Below the pieces are notes generated by a model. That model saw only the letters and a list, made by a program, of their open reading frames with translations. It had not been told where the DNA came from and did no database searches. This document shows positions 30,244 to 40,867 of a stretch of DNA of 64,000 nt, piece by piece; within the stretch, counting starts at the first letter, position 1, and every line of letters begins with the position of its first letter. The DNA comes from a bacterium (GTDB taxonomy: Bacteria; Patescibacteriota; Minisyncoccia; Phycocordibacterales; UBA6899), in the NCBI GenBank assembly GCA_021851895.1, contig JAJZQJ010000001.1, forward strand, positions 71,338-135,337, given 5' to 3'. The position numbers and the translations under genes are program-made.

Positions 30244-32634
30244 TTATACAAGCAATTTCACTTCTCCTTTTCTCGACTTCATTCCACCGACGGGAACCGT
30301 GAAGAAAAATGTAGTCCCAACGTTTTCCGTACTCTCGAACCACAACTTACCACCGATCTCTTCAACGAGTGACCTTACGAGGGACAAACCCAAACCAGTA
30401 CCCGATGGTACTTTTTTCAATGCGTTCTCAGCGCGGTAGAACTTCTCATATATGCGTTCCTCTGCAGACTTCGGTATGCCGATTCCATTATCTCGAACGG
30501 AAACAAGGACATGACCCTCTTCTGCTCGAATGTGCACTTCTATCTTCGTATCGTCATAAGCATAGCGCTGTGCATTCGTGAAAAGATTCTGAAATATCTG
30601 CCATGGATAATCGCGGTCGAGCATGATCTTCGCCGGAGGATCAGGATCTGCGGTGACGATGATCTCCTGATGGTGTTCTTTCAGTTGTGCTTCAATGGTC
30701 TTTGCTACGGAAATAGCAAGCTCTTTAAGGTCAACGGGAACTGGTTCAATCGCGACCCTGCGCGCCTCAACACGCGCGATCTGCAGCAGCATGTTCACGA
30801 GTCCCGTCATGCGCTCGACACCTTCGCTGATCCTCTCAAGAAAATGTCGTTGACCCTCATTTACATCTCCAGCATCGCCATCAATGAGCATCTCAGTGAA
30901 CCAACGCATGCTCGTGAGCGGTGTACGAAGTTGATGTGAAGCGGTAGAGATGAAACCTATGCGTGCCTCTTCGAGAGCCTTTTCCTCAGTCACATCCTGT
31001 AATGTGAATATCGCTCCGCGAATAATACCGCCACTCTTCGCATCAGTTATTGGAGCAATAACTCCGGACACTGGAGTCTCGAGACCATCGCTCTTTCGCT
31101 TAAGGATCATGAAGCGTATCGCATGCAACTTCCCCTCTGCAAAAATTGGGAGCATAAATTCATCTCCGAGTGAAGCGCGATCGTTTGAAAGCAATTCGAA
31201 GTGTTCACGCCAATCTCTGCCCCGAAGATCTTCACTCTTCACGCCGAGCATACGCTCCGCCGTCTCATTGACGACCGTAATGCGGCGCTCCGCATCAATG
31301 ACAATGACACCTTCACCAATTGACGAGATAAGCAGAGAATAAGTCAGGCGCTCGCGATCAGCGTTGCGTGCAAAACGCTGTACTTCTTCGAACGCATCTT
31401 CAACCTGCCTGCTCTTCTCGCGCATCTTCTCTTCGGCATCCTCTGCGGCCCTCAAAGCATTTTCGGTTTGTTTTTTGCTTCTCCCGAGCTCGTAAATATT
31501 CTTTTCGAGCGCCGCGGTCTTTTCTCGAACTCTCTCTTCGAGTGATGCATACAACCCGGAGAGCTTTATCGACATGGTTTCGAATGCCCCCGCGAGATCT
31601 CCAATTTCATCTTTTGCGGTCACACTGATGTGCTTAGAAAAATCACCCTGAGCAATAGCGGTTGCAACATTACGTAGACGCACCACTGGGCGGACAACAG
31701 TACGAGAGATCAAAAAGATGAAAACGAGCGCGAGTACGAAAAGTGCAATTGCGGAGACAACAACGATCTGCTGAATCCCACTTTCAGCGGATACAATATA
31801 TGCACTCGCATCCCGGACACTCGCGAGTACCCATTTATTTCCAGAATAATTCGGAACGCCCTTCTCTCTCGTGAGCGTCTTCATATATTCAATATTCCCA
31901 AGCTGCACCAGCTGCGCAGATTCATCCGTAGTGAAGGAACTGACCTCTCTGCGCTCGAATGCGAGTGACGTGTGTATGTCGCCTATACTCGAAATGAGTG
32001 TCCCATCATTACGAAAGAGCTGCACGCCAGAATTATCTCGACTCAGTATATCTTCGACAGATCGCCACGCTATCCTCCCGATGAGGTAACCATCTATCTG
32101 TTCCTTGCCATCAACGAAGGACTTGATCGCGAGTGCGTACGACATCCCTGGCATACCGTTTTGAAAGGTTGCATCCGTATGCGCAACCGGAACGGTATCA
32201 GACTTGGCAAGCACTTGAAGCTCTTCTTCCGTAATATCTATGGGTACGTTGCCCTCACGTAACGAGGCAGCACTCACCGTGACGCCTCGTTTATCGACAA
32301 GCAAAAGTGCATCCCATGGTCCAGAATATACGAGCAGATTCGACAACCAGCTGCTCACCTCTTGAAGGCGAGTGGGCGTCGGTGCACCCGAAGGAGAGAG
32401 CGCGATAGCGATTTCAGGATCAGTCGATATGATCTGCAGTTGCGTCTGATAGCCAGCGAGAAGCTCGTCAACCTGAAAGACCAAGTTCGACATTTTATCA
32501 AGAATGAAACGTGATGCCCCTTGCTGGACGGACTGCCGCGTAAGCGAAAAACTAAGCGTCAGCATGATGCCAACCATCACTGTGGCGGTAAACAATGAAA
32601 GCCCGAGGACTCTTTGTGACAAACCGATTTTCAC
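30244..32634 (-). CDS. Sensor histidine kinase (Cache-like extracellular domain, HAMP, PAS, HisKA, HATPase)
   Basis: Two TMs flanking ~260 aa; DEIGDLA HAMP; ASHQLRTP; DNGIGI; GTGLGL. Confidence 0.92.
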   Translation of the reverse strand: MKIGLSQRVLGLSLFTATVMVGIMLTLSFSLTRQSVQQGASRFILDKMSNLVFQVDELLAGYQTQLQIISTDPEIAIALSPSGAPTPTRLQEVSSWLSNLLVYSGPWDALLLVDKRGVTVSAASLREGNVPIDITEEELQVLAKSDTVPVAHTDATFQNGMPGMSYALAIKSFVDGKEQIDGYLIGRIAWRSVEDILSRDNSGVQLFRNDGTLISSIGDIHTSLAFERREVSSFTTDESAQLVQLGNIEYMKTLTREKGVPNYSGNKWVLASVRDASAYIVSAESGIQQIVVVSAIALFVLALVFIFLISRTVVRPVVRLRNVATAIAQGDFSKHISVTAKDEIGDLAGAFETMSIKLSGLYASLEERVREKTAALEKNIYELGRSKKQTENALRAAEDAEEKMREKSRQVEDAFEEVQRFARNADRERLTYSLLISSIGEGVIVIDAERRITVVNETAERMLGVKSEDLRGRDWREHFELLSNDRASLGDEFMLPIFAEGKLHAIRFMILKRKSDGLETPVSGVIAPITDAKSGGIIRGAIFTLQDVTEEKALEEARIGFISTASHQLRTPLTSMRWFTEMLIDGDAGDVNEGQRHFLERISEGVERMTGLVNMLLQIARVEARRVAIEPVPVDLKELAISVAKTIEAQLKEHHQEIIVTADPDPPAKIMLDRDYPWQIFQNLFTNAQRYAYDDTKIEVHIRAEEGHVLVSVRDNGIGIPKSAEERIYEKFYRAENALKKVPSGTGLGLSLVRSLVEEIGGKLWFESTENVGTTFFFTVPVGGMKSRKGEVKLLV

Positions 32635-32689
32635 GTATTCTTATTATACTATACGATTCGATAGCTTGTATACGATAGATACAAATTTG

Positions 32690-32847
32690 GGGGGATGATG
32701 GAATAAGGTGATATGGGATTAAGGGAGATTCACGAAACCGATCGATACGAAACTCTTTTATTCGTGAGGAATGAAAAATACGGGCAGAAATACCCGTATT
32801 TTTGTATTAACCCATATTCCCTGATCCCCTTATCACATTATTCCCTT
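32690..32847. repeat. Inverted degenerate ~9-mer arrays enclosing the gap terminator
   Basis: Left ggaataaggtgatatgggattaaggga, right cccatattccctgatccccttatcacattattccct; core aaaaatacggg-cagaaata-cccgtattttt. Confidence 0.65.
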
Positions 32848-32852
32848 GAATT

Positions 32853-33893
32853 TTACAAATGCTTTCCTGCTAATCGAACATGCTGCACAAGCGTATTCGT
32901 ATATCCCGCCTCATTGTCATACCACGCAAATACCTTTACGAGGTCCCCATCAACGACTCTCGTCATCGACAAGTCTGCGATTGAACCGAATGGCTCGCCC
33001 ACAATATCCGTAGACACAAGAGGCTCTGCGGTCACGGTAAAAATACCTGACCAGCGAGGATCAAGCGAAGCATCTTTGAGTATCTTATTTACCTCCTCGA
33101 CACTCGTCTTTCTCTTTGCAATAAAGGTCACATCAGCAATAGAACCCGAAACAACGGGAATGCGTAGTGATATACCCTCAAACTTCCCCTCAAGTTCCTT
33201 AATGACATCAGTGACCGCGATCGATGCACCTGTCGATGCAGGAACGATATTCATCGCAGCAGCGCGACCTTCACGAAAATCCTTCTTCGTAGGACTATCG
33301 ATAAGACGCTGAGATGCTGTATACGCATGTGTCGTATTCAAGACCGCTTTTTCGATACCGATGGCCTTATTTAGGATGTCGACGAGTGGAGACACTGCAT
33401 TTGTCGTACATGATGCGTTCGACGTCACCTGCGATTTTTCCATATCAGCCTCATTAATACCCATCAGCACAGTATCATGGTCAACTCCTTTTGCGCACTT
33501 GAACGGTGCGGTCACGACGACCCGCCTTGCACCCGCAGCAAGATGTACCTCAGCAGCACCACACGCAACGAGCATACCCGTCGACTCAACAACGATATCG
33601 ATATCATATGCCTTCCATGGGAGCTTTGTTGGATCACTCTCCTGAATGACCTCTATAGGAACTCCGTCAACAACAATAGTCGGTCGCTTTCCTTCAGCTG
33701 CAGGTGTCACCGATACGACAGAATTCAATCGCCCATAAGTACTATCGTACTTGAGCAGATATGCGAGGTTATCAATATCACCAAGATCATTGACTGCTAC
33801 AACCTCTATATCAGGAAGATCCTTCACTGCACGAAAAAATGCGCGACCAATTCTTCCAAAGCCATTTATGGCAACTCGTATATTCTTTTTCAT
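32853..33893 (-). CDS. gap: Glyceraldehyde-3-phosphate dehydrogenase type I
   Basis: AINGFGRIGR, SNASCTTN, WYDNE. Confidence 0.97.
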   Translation of the reverse strand: MKKNIRVAINGFGRIGRAFFRAVKDLPDIEVVAVNDLGDIDNLAYLLKYDSTYGRLNSVVSVTPAAEGKRPTIVVDGVPIEVIQESDPTKLPWKAYDIDIVVESTGMLVACGAAEVHLAAGARRVVVTAPFKCAKGVDHDTVLMGINEADMEKSQVTSNASCTTNAVSPLVDILNKAIGIEKAVLNTTHAYTASQRLIDSPTKKDFREGRAAAMNIVPASTGASIAVTDVIKELEGKFEGISLRIPVVSGSIADVTFIAKRKTSVEEVNKILKDASLDPRWSGIFTVTAEPLVSTDIVGEPFGSIADLSMTRVVDGDLVKVFAWYDNEAGYTNTLVQHVRLAGKHL

Positions 33894-33918
33894 ATGCTTT
33901 ATTTTAACATATTAATGA

Positions 33919-34953
33919 TCAGGGAAGATTTCTCACTGCATTCGGGTAGATAAGGTCATCGGGATTGATATTCGATATAACCATATACTGATTCGCAAAA
34001 AGACTAATGAGTCGCACATTCCCATAAATAGACCCTAAGCCAGAATAGAAATACATAGCACTTTTATTTGCATCCCTATCGAGCATCTCGATATAACGCA
34101 TCTGATTTTCGAAGTCACTCTCTGTTATGTGAAAAGTACTCCTCACGATCCGGTATGCATCTTTTGGATGCGATTTCCAATAATCATATGCTCTGAAATA
34201 TGCACGCATGAATCCATCGAGTACATGGGGCTGTCCACGCACGTATTTCGTATCAAATGCGATAATATCCGTAACCACTCCTGGGCTTTCAGCACTTGTG
34301 TATTCTTCGGTCGCCCCCAATTGCTTCGCCATGGAAACATATGGCTCATAGGTGATGATGTGATCAACAAGACCTTTTCGTAATAGTTCGACCGATGCCT
34401 CCTCTGAACCCGCATCGATGAACACATAATCCTTGGGAGTGGTATTGAACGAACTCAGCGCCCACTGAACGAAAAAGTCAGGCTCTCCGATATATGCGAT
34501 TTTTGACCCTTTTGACGCACCGATCGGCTTCGCACCCTTACGTGTGAGTACCGCATCCGCTCCGACGGAATGGTCAGTTATGAGGACAATGTATGCCCGA
34601 ATACCACTTTCACGTGCCTCATAGACGATTTCAGAACTCAACCCAGCACGAGCGTTGATCTTTCCTGATGCCACGTCATTTACAAGATCATTCACGCTTA
34701 TATAGGGATACAATTGCACATCGATCCCTTCGTCATGGAAATATCCCAACTTCTCTGCCAGAGGAACGATAAGAAAGCCAGGCCATAATTCGAAACCGAA
34801 ATTGATCGATGGATAAAGCGAGAATGACGTCGACGGAGTGAATTTTCCGCGCACCCCGCAACACGAAGGAGAAATCACAAAACAAGCATATGCGCTACTC
34901 ATTGCAAGGACAATGACAAACATTATTGCGACCGGTCTTCTCACGTATGACAT
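33919..34953 (-). CDS. NMT1/SsuA-like substrate-binding protein
   Basis: WPGF, AEKLGYFHDEGIDV, DHSVGADAV, TYEPY; N-terminal hydrophobic segment; start at the ATG 6 nt after TATAAT. Confidence 0.8.
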   Translation of the reverse strand: MSYVRRPVAIMFVIVLAMSSAYACFVISPSCCGVRGKFTPSTSFSLYPSINFGFELWPGFLIVPLAEKLGYFHDEGIDVQLYPYISVNDLVNDVASGKINARAGLSSEIVYEARESGIRAYIVLITDHSVGADAVLTRKGAKPIGASKGSKIAYIGEPDFFVQWALSSFNTTPKDYVFIDAGSEEASVELLRKGLVDHIITYEPYVSMAKQLGATEEYTSAESPGVVTDIIAFDTKYVRGQPHVLDGFMRAYFRAYDYWKSHPKDAYRIVRSTFHITESDFENQMRYIEMLDRDANKSAMYFYSGLGSIYGNVRLISLFANQYMVISNINPDDLIYPNAVRNLP

Positions 34954-35015
34954 TACTTTATTATAGTATAGTACGCACAATAGATTTTACAAACAAAAAG
35001 ACGCACGCGTGCGTC

Positions 35016-36929
35016 TTATGCTGCATCGAGCCCTGTAAGGAATGATGCATCCCACGAATCCTTTATATCATTCGAGACTTCCTCGAGCAGCTCTTCTCGA
35101 CTCTTCTCCTGTGAATCCTCCGTAGCATTATCCACCGCAGAGGTGCGCATCGTAAGTGGAGCAAGCATCTCATCCCATGCGTCCTCTGGCATAGGCATAT
35201 TCGGTGGTAGCGCACGTATATCATTCGCTGGATGTTCGACATGTGGCTCTACTGGAATAACTACTGGCGGAGTCGGTTTACCGACTACCGAAACAAAAAC
35301 TTTTTGTGGCGCAGCAGATTCTTTCATCTCTGCGGATGTAGGTGCTCGTGCTGGTATACCTGGAGTCTTGTCGGCAATTGCGGCGACAGGCGTAGCATTC
35401 TCTTTTGTCTCCACTGATTCTTCAATATCCGCTGCTACAGAATAACGAGGAAATGATGGTCTCACCTCAGGATGCGTCGCATTCTGCACTGCGACTTTCG
35501 AGAAATGACTTGTGCGCATCCAAGGAAGCCATTCTGCAGCCCGAGCATGTGGTTGAGTAAAGACTGCTGCAACTTTTGGATATGCACCTGGAGCGACTGT
35601 TGCAAATGGTACCACCTTCGGAGGTAATGCGAGTGGATGCATCGATGGAGTCATTTGCTGGACAGTAAAATGCGGCACAGCGACAATGGGCTCACTAACA
35701 TCCTCACTCTCCTCCCCGACTTCGGTTTCAACTACTGGAGTCGGTGCACTTTCAAGACCCTCCTGCAATATACGATCTGAGACTTCTCTATCGATCGAAG
35801 GAGGAGTCTTATCGATAACGACTTCTGGTCGCGCACCCTGCGGTGGAAGTTCCTCTACTGCTTCATTCGATTCCACAGCCTCATCTTGCACATCATCAGG
35901 GATCTCTTGCTCGGAAGACGACACCTCATCATCCTTCGCAATCACGGGCTGCGGAGCAGCAACATCGTCCTCGTTTGTCGTAGTATCACCCTGCTGGTCA
36001 TTTTCATAATAAGGATTCATTTCACCCTGTTCGAGAAGTGGACGCTCCTCTGACTCCATGACCTCATGTTGCTCGGCGACTTCTACGGCCTGCACTTCGT
36101 GTATCCCTACCGCTCGTTCTGGCTCCTCTTCGACTGCGGTCGGAGTTTGCATTGCAATTGCACTCTCTGTAGGAACATCGACTGCAAGTTCTTTTTGAGT
36201 TTCGATTGCGTCCCCCGGCGCTTCTTCGATAGCCATTGCACCCCTTACTTCCGGCAATAGATCTTTTTGCGGTTCGACCTGCATGTTTTTTGGGACATCG
36301 AGGGTGACCTTTCCCGAATCTGCCGCTACTGATTTTTCTGACAATGGCGGCAAAAGCGGAGCATCATCAAAATGCTTCGCTGAATCAAGACTTGTCTTTA
36401 TTGGCCAGTGCTCCGGAAGAGACTTCCTCGTACTTGGTGGAGGTGGAGGCATTTCGATTATCGCATCAACGACATCCCCTCTAGCAACGGGAGTAGTCTC
36501 ATCAACACGAGCTGCTTCATCCTCAGAAATGATAGAGAATGGCAAAGGACCTCGCTTAAGTGGTGCAGGTTCAGATACCGCTCCGGCCACCATATCCACA
36601 GGATGATTTCCCACTACAGCTGATGGGTCACCAAGACCAAGTGCAATAAGTTGCGCTTTTGAAAGTCGAGGGATAGCGATCGCCTCTACCGCGACAAAAG
36701 GAATCGAGACATCTTCTCCAAGAGCTATTCCAAGTATCTTTAACAACTCGTGAAGATTAAGAAACAATTCACCGGATTTTCCTCCTGCACATGTTATGCG
36801 GCCATCAATACAAAGCCGCTCAATTCGTCCAGACGGCTGATTCGTCAAAGCGACAGCGACAGCGAGAGTCACGAAAGTATTCTTCAAATCCTGCCCTACG
36901 AAAGAAGCGCCGGAAGCTGTTTCGGTCAT
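35016..36929 (-). CDS. Hypothetical acidic Pro/Glu/Ala-rich, probably largely disordered protein
   Basis: 637-aa ORF, TATAAT 6 nt before ATG, short folded-looking N-terminus then low complexity. Confidence 0.75.
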   Translation of the reverse strand: MTETASGASFVGQDLKNTFVTLAVAVALTNQPSGRIERLCIDGRITCAGGKSGELFLNLHELLKILGIALGEDVSIPFVAVEAIAIPRLSKAQLIALGLGDPSAVVGNHPVDMVAGAVSEPAPLKRGPLPFSIISEDEAARVDETTPVARGDVVDAIIEMPPPPPSTRKSLPEHWPIKTSLDSAKHFDDAPLLPPLSEKSVAADSGKVTLDVPKNMQVEPQKDLLPEVRGAMAIEEAPGDAIETQKELAVDVPTESAIAMQTPTAVEEEPERAVGIHEVQAVEVAEQHEVMESEERPLLEQGEMNPYYENDQQGDTTTNEDDVAAPQPVIAKDDEVSSSEQEIPDDVQDEAVESNEAVEELPPQGARPEVVIDKTPPSIDREVSDRILQEGLESAPTPVVETEVGEESEDVSEPIVAVPHFTVQQMTPSMHPLALPPKVVPFATVAPGAYPKVAAVFTQPHARAAEWLPWMRTSHFSKVAVQNATHPEVRPSFPRYSVAADIEESVETKENATPVAAIADKTPGIPARAPTSAEMKESAAPQKVFVSVVGKPTPPVVIPVEPHVEHPANDIRALPPNMPMPEDAWDEMLAPLTMRTSAVDNATEDSQEKSREELLEEVSNDIKDSWDASFLTGLDAA

Positions 36930-36951
36930 GAAAATATTATATCATGAAGAA

Positions 36952-37046
36952 GGTGATAGGTTATAGGTCATAGGGTATAGGTTTTATATAAAAATGCACA
37001 GAGCTTTTATACACTGTGCATTTCCCATGACCTATGACCTATTACC
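36952..37046. repeat. Inverted heptamer arrays (ATAGGTY / GACCTAT) downstream of gatB
   Basis: ataggtt ataggtc atagggt ataggtt ... gacctat gacctat; core aaatgcacag...ctgtgcattt. Confidence 0.78.
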
Positions 37047-38451
37047 CAAGTAATTTTGTGAATATTTCTCCAAGCAATTTCGGATTTCCGGAACCTTTCA
37101 TCGCTTTCATGCCCTGTCCAACAAAGAACATCAGGAGTGAGGTCTTCCCTGCACGATATTCTGCGGCCTGCGACGGATTCGCCGCAATGATCTCGCTCGC
37201 AACACGCTCGATCTCTCCAAGGTCACTTTTTTGGATAAGACCATTCTTCTCTGCGATCTCGCGCACAACGCCACCTTCGCGATAGGCGATCGTCAATGTA
37301 TCCTTCGCGCCACGCGAAGAGAGTTCATTTGCGCCGATCATGGAAACTAGATCTATGAATGTCTTTGCGCTTAACTTAAGTGGCAACACTGGCTCCGCCT
37401 TGATCAAACTCACAAGGTCAGTCGAAATATAGTTCGATGCAAGTTTTATTGCGGCAGCATCACCCGAAAGACCGGCAACCACTTCATCGAAGAGCTTTCC
37501 AAGCGTATCATCTGAAACGTAGATCTCAACGACCTTCGCATCGATACCGAGGGCGAGCAAGCGCTCTCGTTTTTCCCAAGGCAACTCAGGGAGCGGTGCG
37601 AGTTTCTCATAGTTCTTTCCAAAAACCTCTGTACAGACGAACTTTGGAATATCTGGATCAGGGAAATAGCGGTAATCGTTAGCTGATTCCTTCTTTCTCT
37701 GACTGAACGTCTTCCCCGTACTCTCATCCCAACCTCTGGTTTCTTGTATGATCTTTTCACCCGCCTCTAAAGCTGCTTCTTGTCGTGCCATTTCATATGC
37801 AATAGCAGCGCCCGCAGCACTAAATGAATTGATATTCTTCACTTCGACTTTCGTACCGAACTTATCGGTCTTTGAAATCGAGATGTTGACCTCAACACGC
37901 ATCTGGCCCTTCTCCATGTTCGCTTCAGAGGCACCAAGTGTTCGAAGCAAAAGCTGTAATTCTTTACCAAAACGCATAGCGGTCTCCGCATCGTGGATGA
38001 CCGGCTCTGTGACGAGCTCCATCAAAGGAACGCCAGCGCGATTGTAGTCGACGACAGAGAAATCGCCCATATCATGACGGGAGGATCCTGTATCTTCCTC
38101 AAGATGGATTCGGGTAAGTGCGACTCCTGCAAGGCTTCCCCCAGAGACGAGTGGATACTTATATTGTGTTATCTGATAACCCTTTGGAATATCAGGATAG
38201 AAATAATTTTTTCGATCCCACTCAGTGAAATCTGCGAGCTGTGCTCCGATAGCCTTCCCTACGCGCAATACCTGCTCCACTGCGGCCTCATTGACCACGG
38301 GGAGCGTGCCTGGCTGGGCAGTACAAACAGGACAAATATTCGTATTTGGCGTCTCTTCATCAGGATCGTTCTTGCACGAACAAAACATCTTTGCACGTGT
38401 GTTAAGCTCGGCATGTATCTCAAGACCAATGGTTGCGCGATATTCAGACAT
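37042..38451 (-). CDS. gatB: Asp/Glu-tRNA amidotransferase subunit B
   Basis: IGLEIHAEL, RKNYFYPDIPKGYQITQ, IHLEEDTG, DYRYFPDPD. Confidence 0.97.
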   Translation of the reverse strand: MSEYRATIGLEIHAELNTRAKMFCSCKNDPDEETPNTNICPVCTAQPGTLPVVNEAAVEQVLRVGKAIGAQLADFTEWDRKNYFYPDIPKGYQITQYKYPLVSGGSLAGVALTRIHLEEDTGSSRHDMGDFSVVDYNRAGVPLMELVTEPVIHDAETAMRFGKELQLLLRTLGASEANMEKGQMRVEVNISISKTDKFGTKVEVKNINSFSAAGAAIAYEMARQEAALEAGEKIIQETRGWDESTGKTFSQRKKESANDYRYFPDPDIPKFVCTEVFGKNYEKLAPLPELPWEKRERLLALGIDAKVVEIYVSDDTLGKLFDEVVAGLSGDAAAIKLASNYISTDLVSLIKAEPVLPLKLSAKTFIDLVSMIGANELSSRGAKDTLTIAYREGGVVREIAEKNGLIQKSDLGEIERVASEIIAANPSQAAEYRAGKTSLLMFFVGQGMKAMKGSGNPKLLGEIFTKLLG

Positions 38452-38528
38452 ATTGGGAGTATAGCATAAGCCTCGCACAGTTCACAATCAGCAGAAAGCA
38501 TACTATACTATACAACAAGATATCAACC

Positions 38529-38942
38529 ATGCCATACATAAATGAGATAACAAACTGGAAAAGGACACTCGACGGTCTTTATCACATCACACTGCCGAAA
38601 CAAATAACCGTTGCGAATGCGGTGGACATTTGGGCGCAGATATTCAATGACTATTCTGAACATTTTGCTGGTGCGGGACCACTGCTTGTCATCGTTGATG
38701 GCTCAAAAGTGGAAAGTTACGACGAACGCGCACTTTCCATCTCCTCGCTTCACGTCATACCGAATAACACTGAGGCGCTCATCGCGATACACAGTCGCTC
38801 TCCACAATACAGGAAGATATCGAATGATTTCTTCCGCACACATCCGATGCCAAATAATATGCGCTACTTCGATGATGAGCTTTCTGCGCGAGCATGGCTC
38901 GAACTTGTACTTGAAGACTACAATAAACGCATTCACTTATAA
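38529..38942 (+). CDS. Hypothetical protein, STAS/SEC14 (SpoIIAA-like) fold suspected
   Basis: LVIVDGSKV and C-terminal MRYFDDELSARAWL motif. Confidence 0.55.
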   Translation: MPYINEITNWKRTLDGLYHITLPKQITVANAVDIWAQIFNDYSEHFAGAGPLLVIVDGSKVESYDERALSISSLHVIPNNTEALIAIHSRSPQYRKISNDFFRTHPMPNNMRYFDDELSARAWLELVLEDYNKRIHL

Positions 38943-38976
38943 AAAAATACATGGCCTTCCATGTATTTTTTTATAT

Positions 38977-39690
38977 TCATTTCGAGAGATCCTCAAGTAC
39001 GCAAACACCATGACCCTCAGGTTTGACATCACGATAGATGCGCTCGATGATACCATCGGGACCAACGACGAACGTCGTTCGCTTATTGAAGAGTCCTCCC
39101 CAGACACCGCAAGCCTTTGCGAATGCGTGCCCCTCATCAACGAGAAGCGGAAATGCGATTTGCTCCTTCGCAATGAAATGCTCATGACTCTCCAGGGAGT
39201 CAGGTGAAACACCATAGATAGCAACCCCCTGCAAAGAGAACTCCGCAGCGAGCTTTGAGAATTCATGCGCTTCTGTAGTGCATCCTGATGTCTCATCCTT
39301 TGGATAAAAGTAAAGCACGAAGCGAGTGCCCAGAAGTTCATCCAACGAAAGTGTTCCTCCGTTTGTCGAAAGCATTGCAAAAGGCGGCAATGGACTTCCA
39401 ATATCAAGTACGTTCTTTTGCGATGGTACAATGGCTTTCTTATCCAACGCCACAGGCTTCACTGTCTTCACCCGTGGAGACGGCTTCTTTTTCGAATCAC
39501 GAATCACCGTCTTCTTTGCCACCTTTGCTACTTTTGTCTTTTTTGCAGATGACGACTTCGTTAATGTGCGTTTCTTCGCAACAGACTTCTTCGCAAGACT
39601 TGTTTTCGAAGTAACACGCTCGACAACGAGCTTCGTTGGCGGACGCTTTTTCTTTTCTACGTGACGAGTAACGGTGAGTTTGATAGCCAT
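38977..39690 (-). CDS. bcp: Peroxiredoxin Bcp with Lys-rich N-terminal extension
   Basis: LYFYPKDETSGCTTEA, GVSPD, RTTFVVG. Confidence 0.9.
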   Translation of the reverse strand: MAIKLTVTRHVEKKKRPPTKLVVERVTSKTSLAKKSVAKKRTLTKSSSAKKTKVAKVAKKTVIRDSKKKPSPRVKTVKPVALDKKAIVPSQKNVLDIGSPLPPFAMLSTNGGTLSLDELLGTRFVLYFYPKDETSGCTTEAHEFSKLAAEFSLQGVAIYGVSPDSLESHEHFIAKEQIAFPLLVDEGHAFAKACGVWGGLFNKRTTFVVGPDGIIERIYRDVKPEGHGVCVLEDLSK

Positions 39691-39783
39691 GATATTACTT
39701 TAATCCATTAAGCTTAAAGTAGTATAGCACAAAGAATAATGAACGTGCATGATTTTATAGTATCAAAATGAAAAACCGCCAAT

Positions 39784-40764
39784 TTAGGCGGTCTTTGCGG
39801 CGCGAAGTTTCGCAATAAGCATATCCCTGAACGTCTTTATCGACGCATCATCAATGATGGAGATCGCGTAAACTTCTCGCCCAAGTGACGCGAGCGCGGC
39901 TTTCGCAGAATCTACTGTCGCTTGATCAACGAGATCTGTCTTGGTGAGCAATATGATCTCATCTTTTTCAGGCAATCCATTACCGAATTGCTCGAGCTCA
40001 TTACGCATCGTTTTATATGCACCAACAACGTCCTCATTCTCGAGCGAGATGAGATGGAGAAGCATCTTCGTGCGTGAGACATGACGAAGAAACTTGATTC
40101 CTAAACCCCTACCCTCTGCAGCACCTTCAATGAGTCCAGGAATATCAGCAAGGACATATCCATAGAAAGCACCGAGATTCGGCTCGAGTGTCGTGAATTG
40201 GTATGCACCGATCTTCGCAGTTGCATTTGTGAGCTCATTAAGCAAAGAAGACTTTCCCGCATTTGGGAAACCAAGGAAGCCAACATCGACAACAAGCTTG
40301 AGTTCGAGATGAACCTCTGATTGTTCACCCGGCTTTCCAGGAGTTGCCTTATCAGGTGAACGATTTGTTGCGCTCTTAAAACGCTCGTTACCGAGTCCAC
40401 CTCGCCCACCTTCAAGTATGAGCATCGGCTCATCTTCAGTTATCACGTCAAAGACCTTACCAGAATCGAGCAAGGTGACCACGGTACCTACAGGGACAGG
40501 AAGGATGAGATCCTCTCCGTTTCTCCCAAAGAGTGAGTCGCGTCCACCATCGACGCCTCGCTCTGCATGAAACTCCTTCTGGTGTCGATATTTGTAAAGC
40601 AAGCCGAGATCTCGCGATCCGACGACATACACACTGCCACCGTTTCCACCATCTCCACCTGAAGGACCAGCGAATTCCTTTCCTTTTTCGTGACGCCAAC
40701 GGACAACACCGTTCCCACCGTCACCCGCCGCCATATGTATTGTCAATTCATCAACGAATGCCAT
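39784..40764 (-). CDS. obgE: GTPase ObgE
   Basis: FVDE..AGDGGNG, GFPNAGKSS, FTTLEPNLG, DIPGLIEGA. Confidence 0.96.
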   Translation of the reverse strand: MAFVDELTIHMAAGDGGNGVVRWRHEKGKEFAGPSGGDGGNGGSVYVVGSRDLGLLYKYRHQKEFHAERGVDGGRDSLFGRNGEDLILPVPVGTVVTLLDSGKVFDVITEDEPMLILEGGRGGLGNERFKSATNRSPDKATPGKPGEQSEVHLELKLVVDVGFLGFPNAGKSSLLNELTNATAKIGAYQFTTLEPNLGAFYGYVLADIPGLIEGAAEGRGLGIKFLRHVSRTKMLLHLISLENEDVVGAYKTMRNELEQFGNGLPEKDEIILLTKTDLVDQATVDSAKAALASLGREVYAISIIDDASIKTFRDMLIAKLRAAKTA

Positions 40765-40867
40765 AAAAATGATTTAAGATAGAACACCGCGCAGGCGGCG
40801 TATGCGTAATGGCGACAAAATAACACGAAAAAATAGTTTTGTCGAGTAAACATTGCGGCAATTATCG

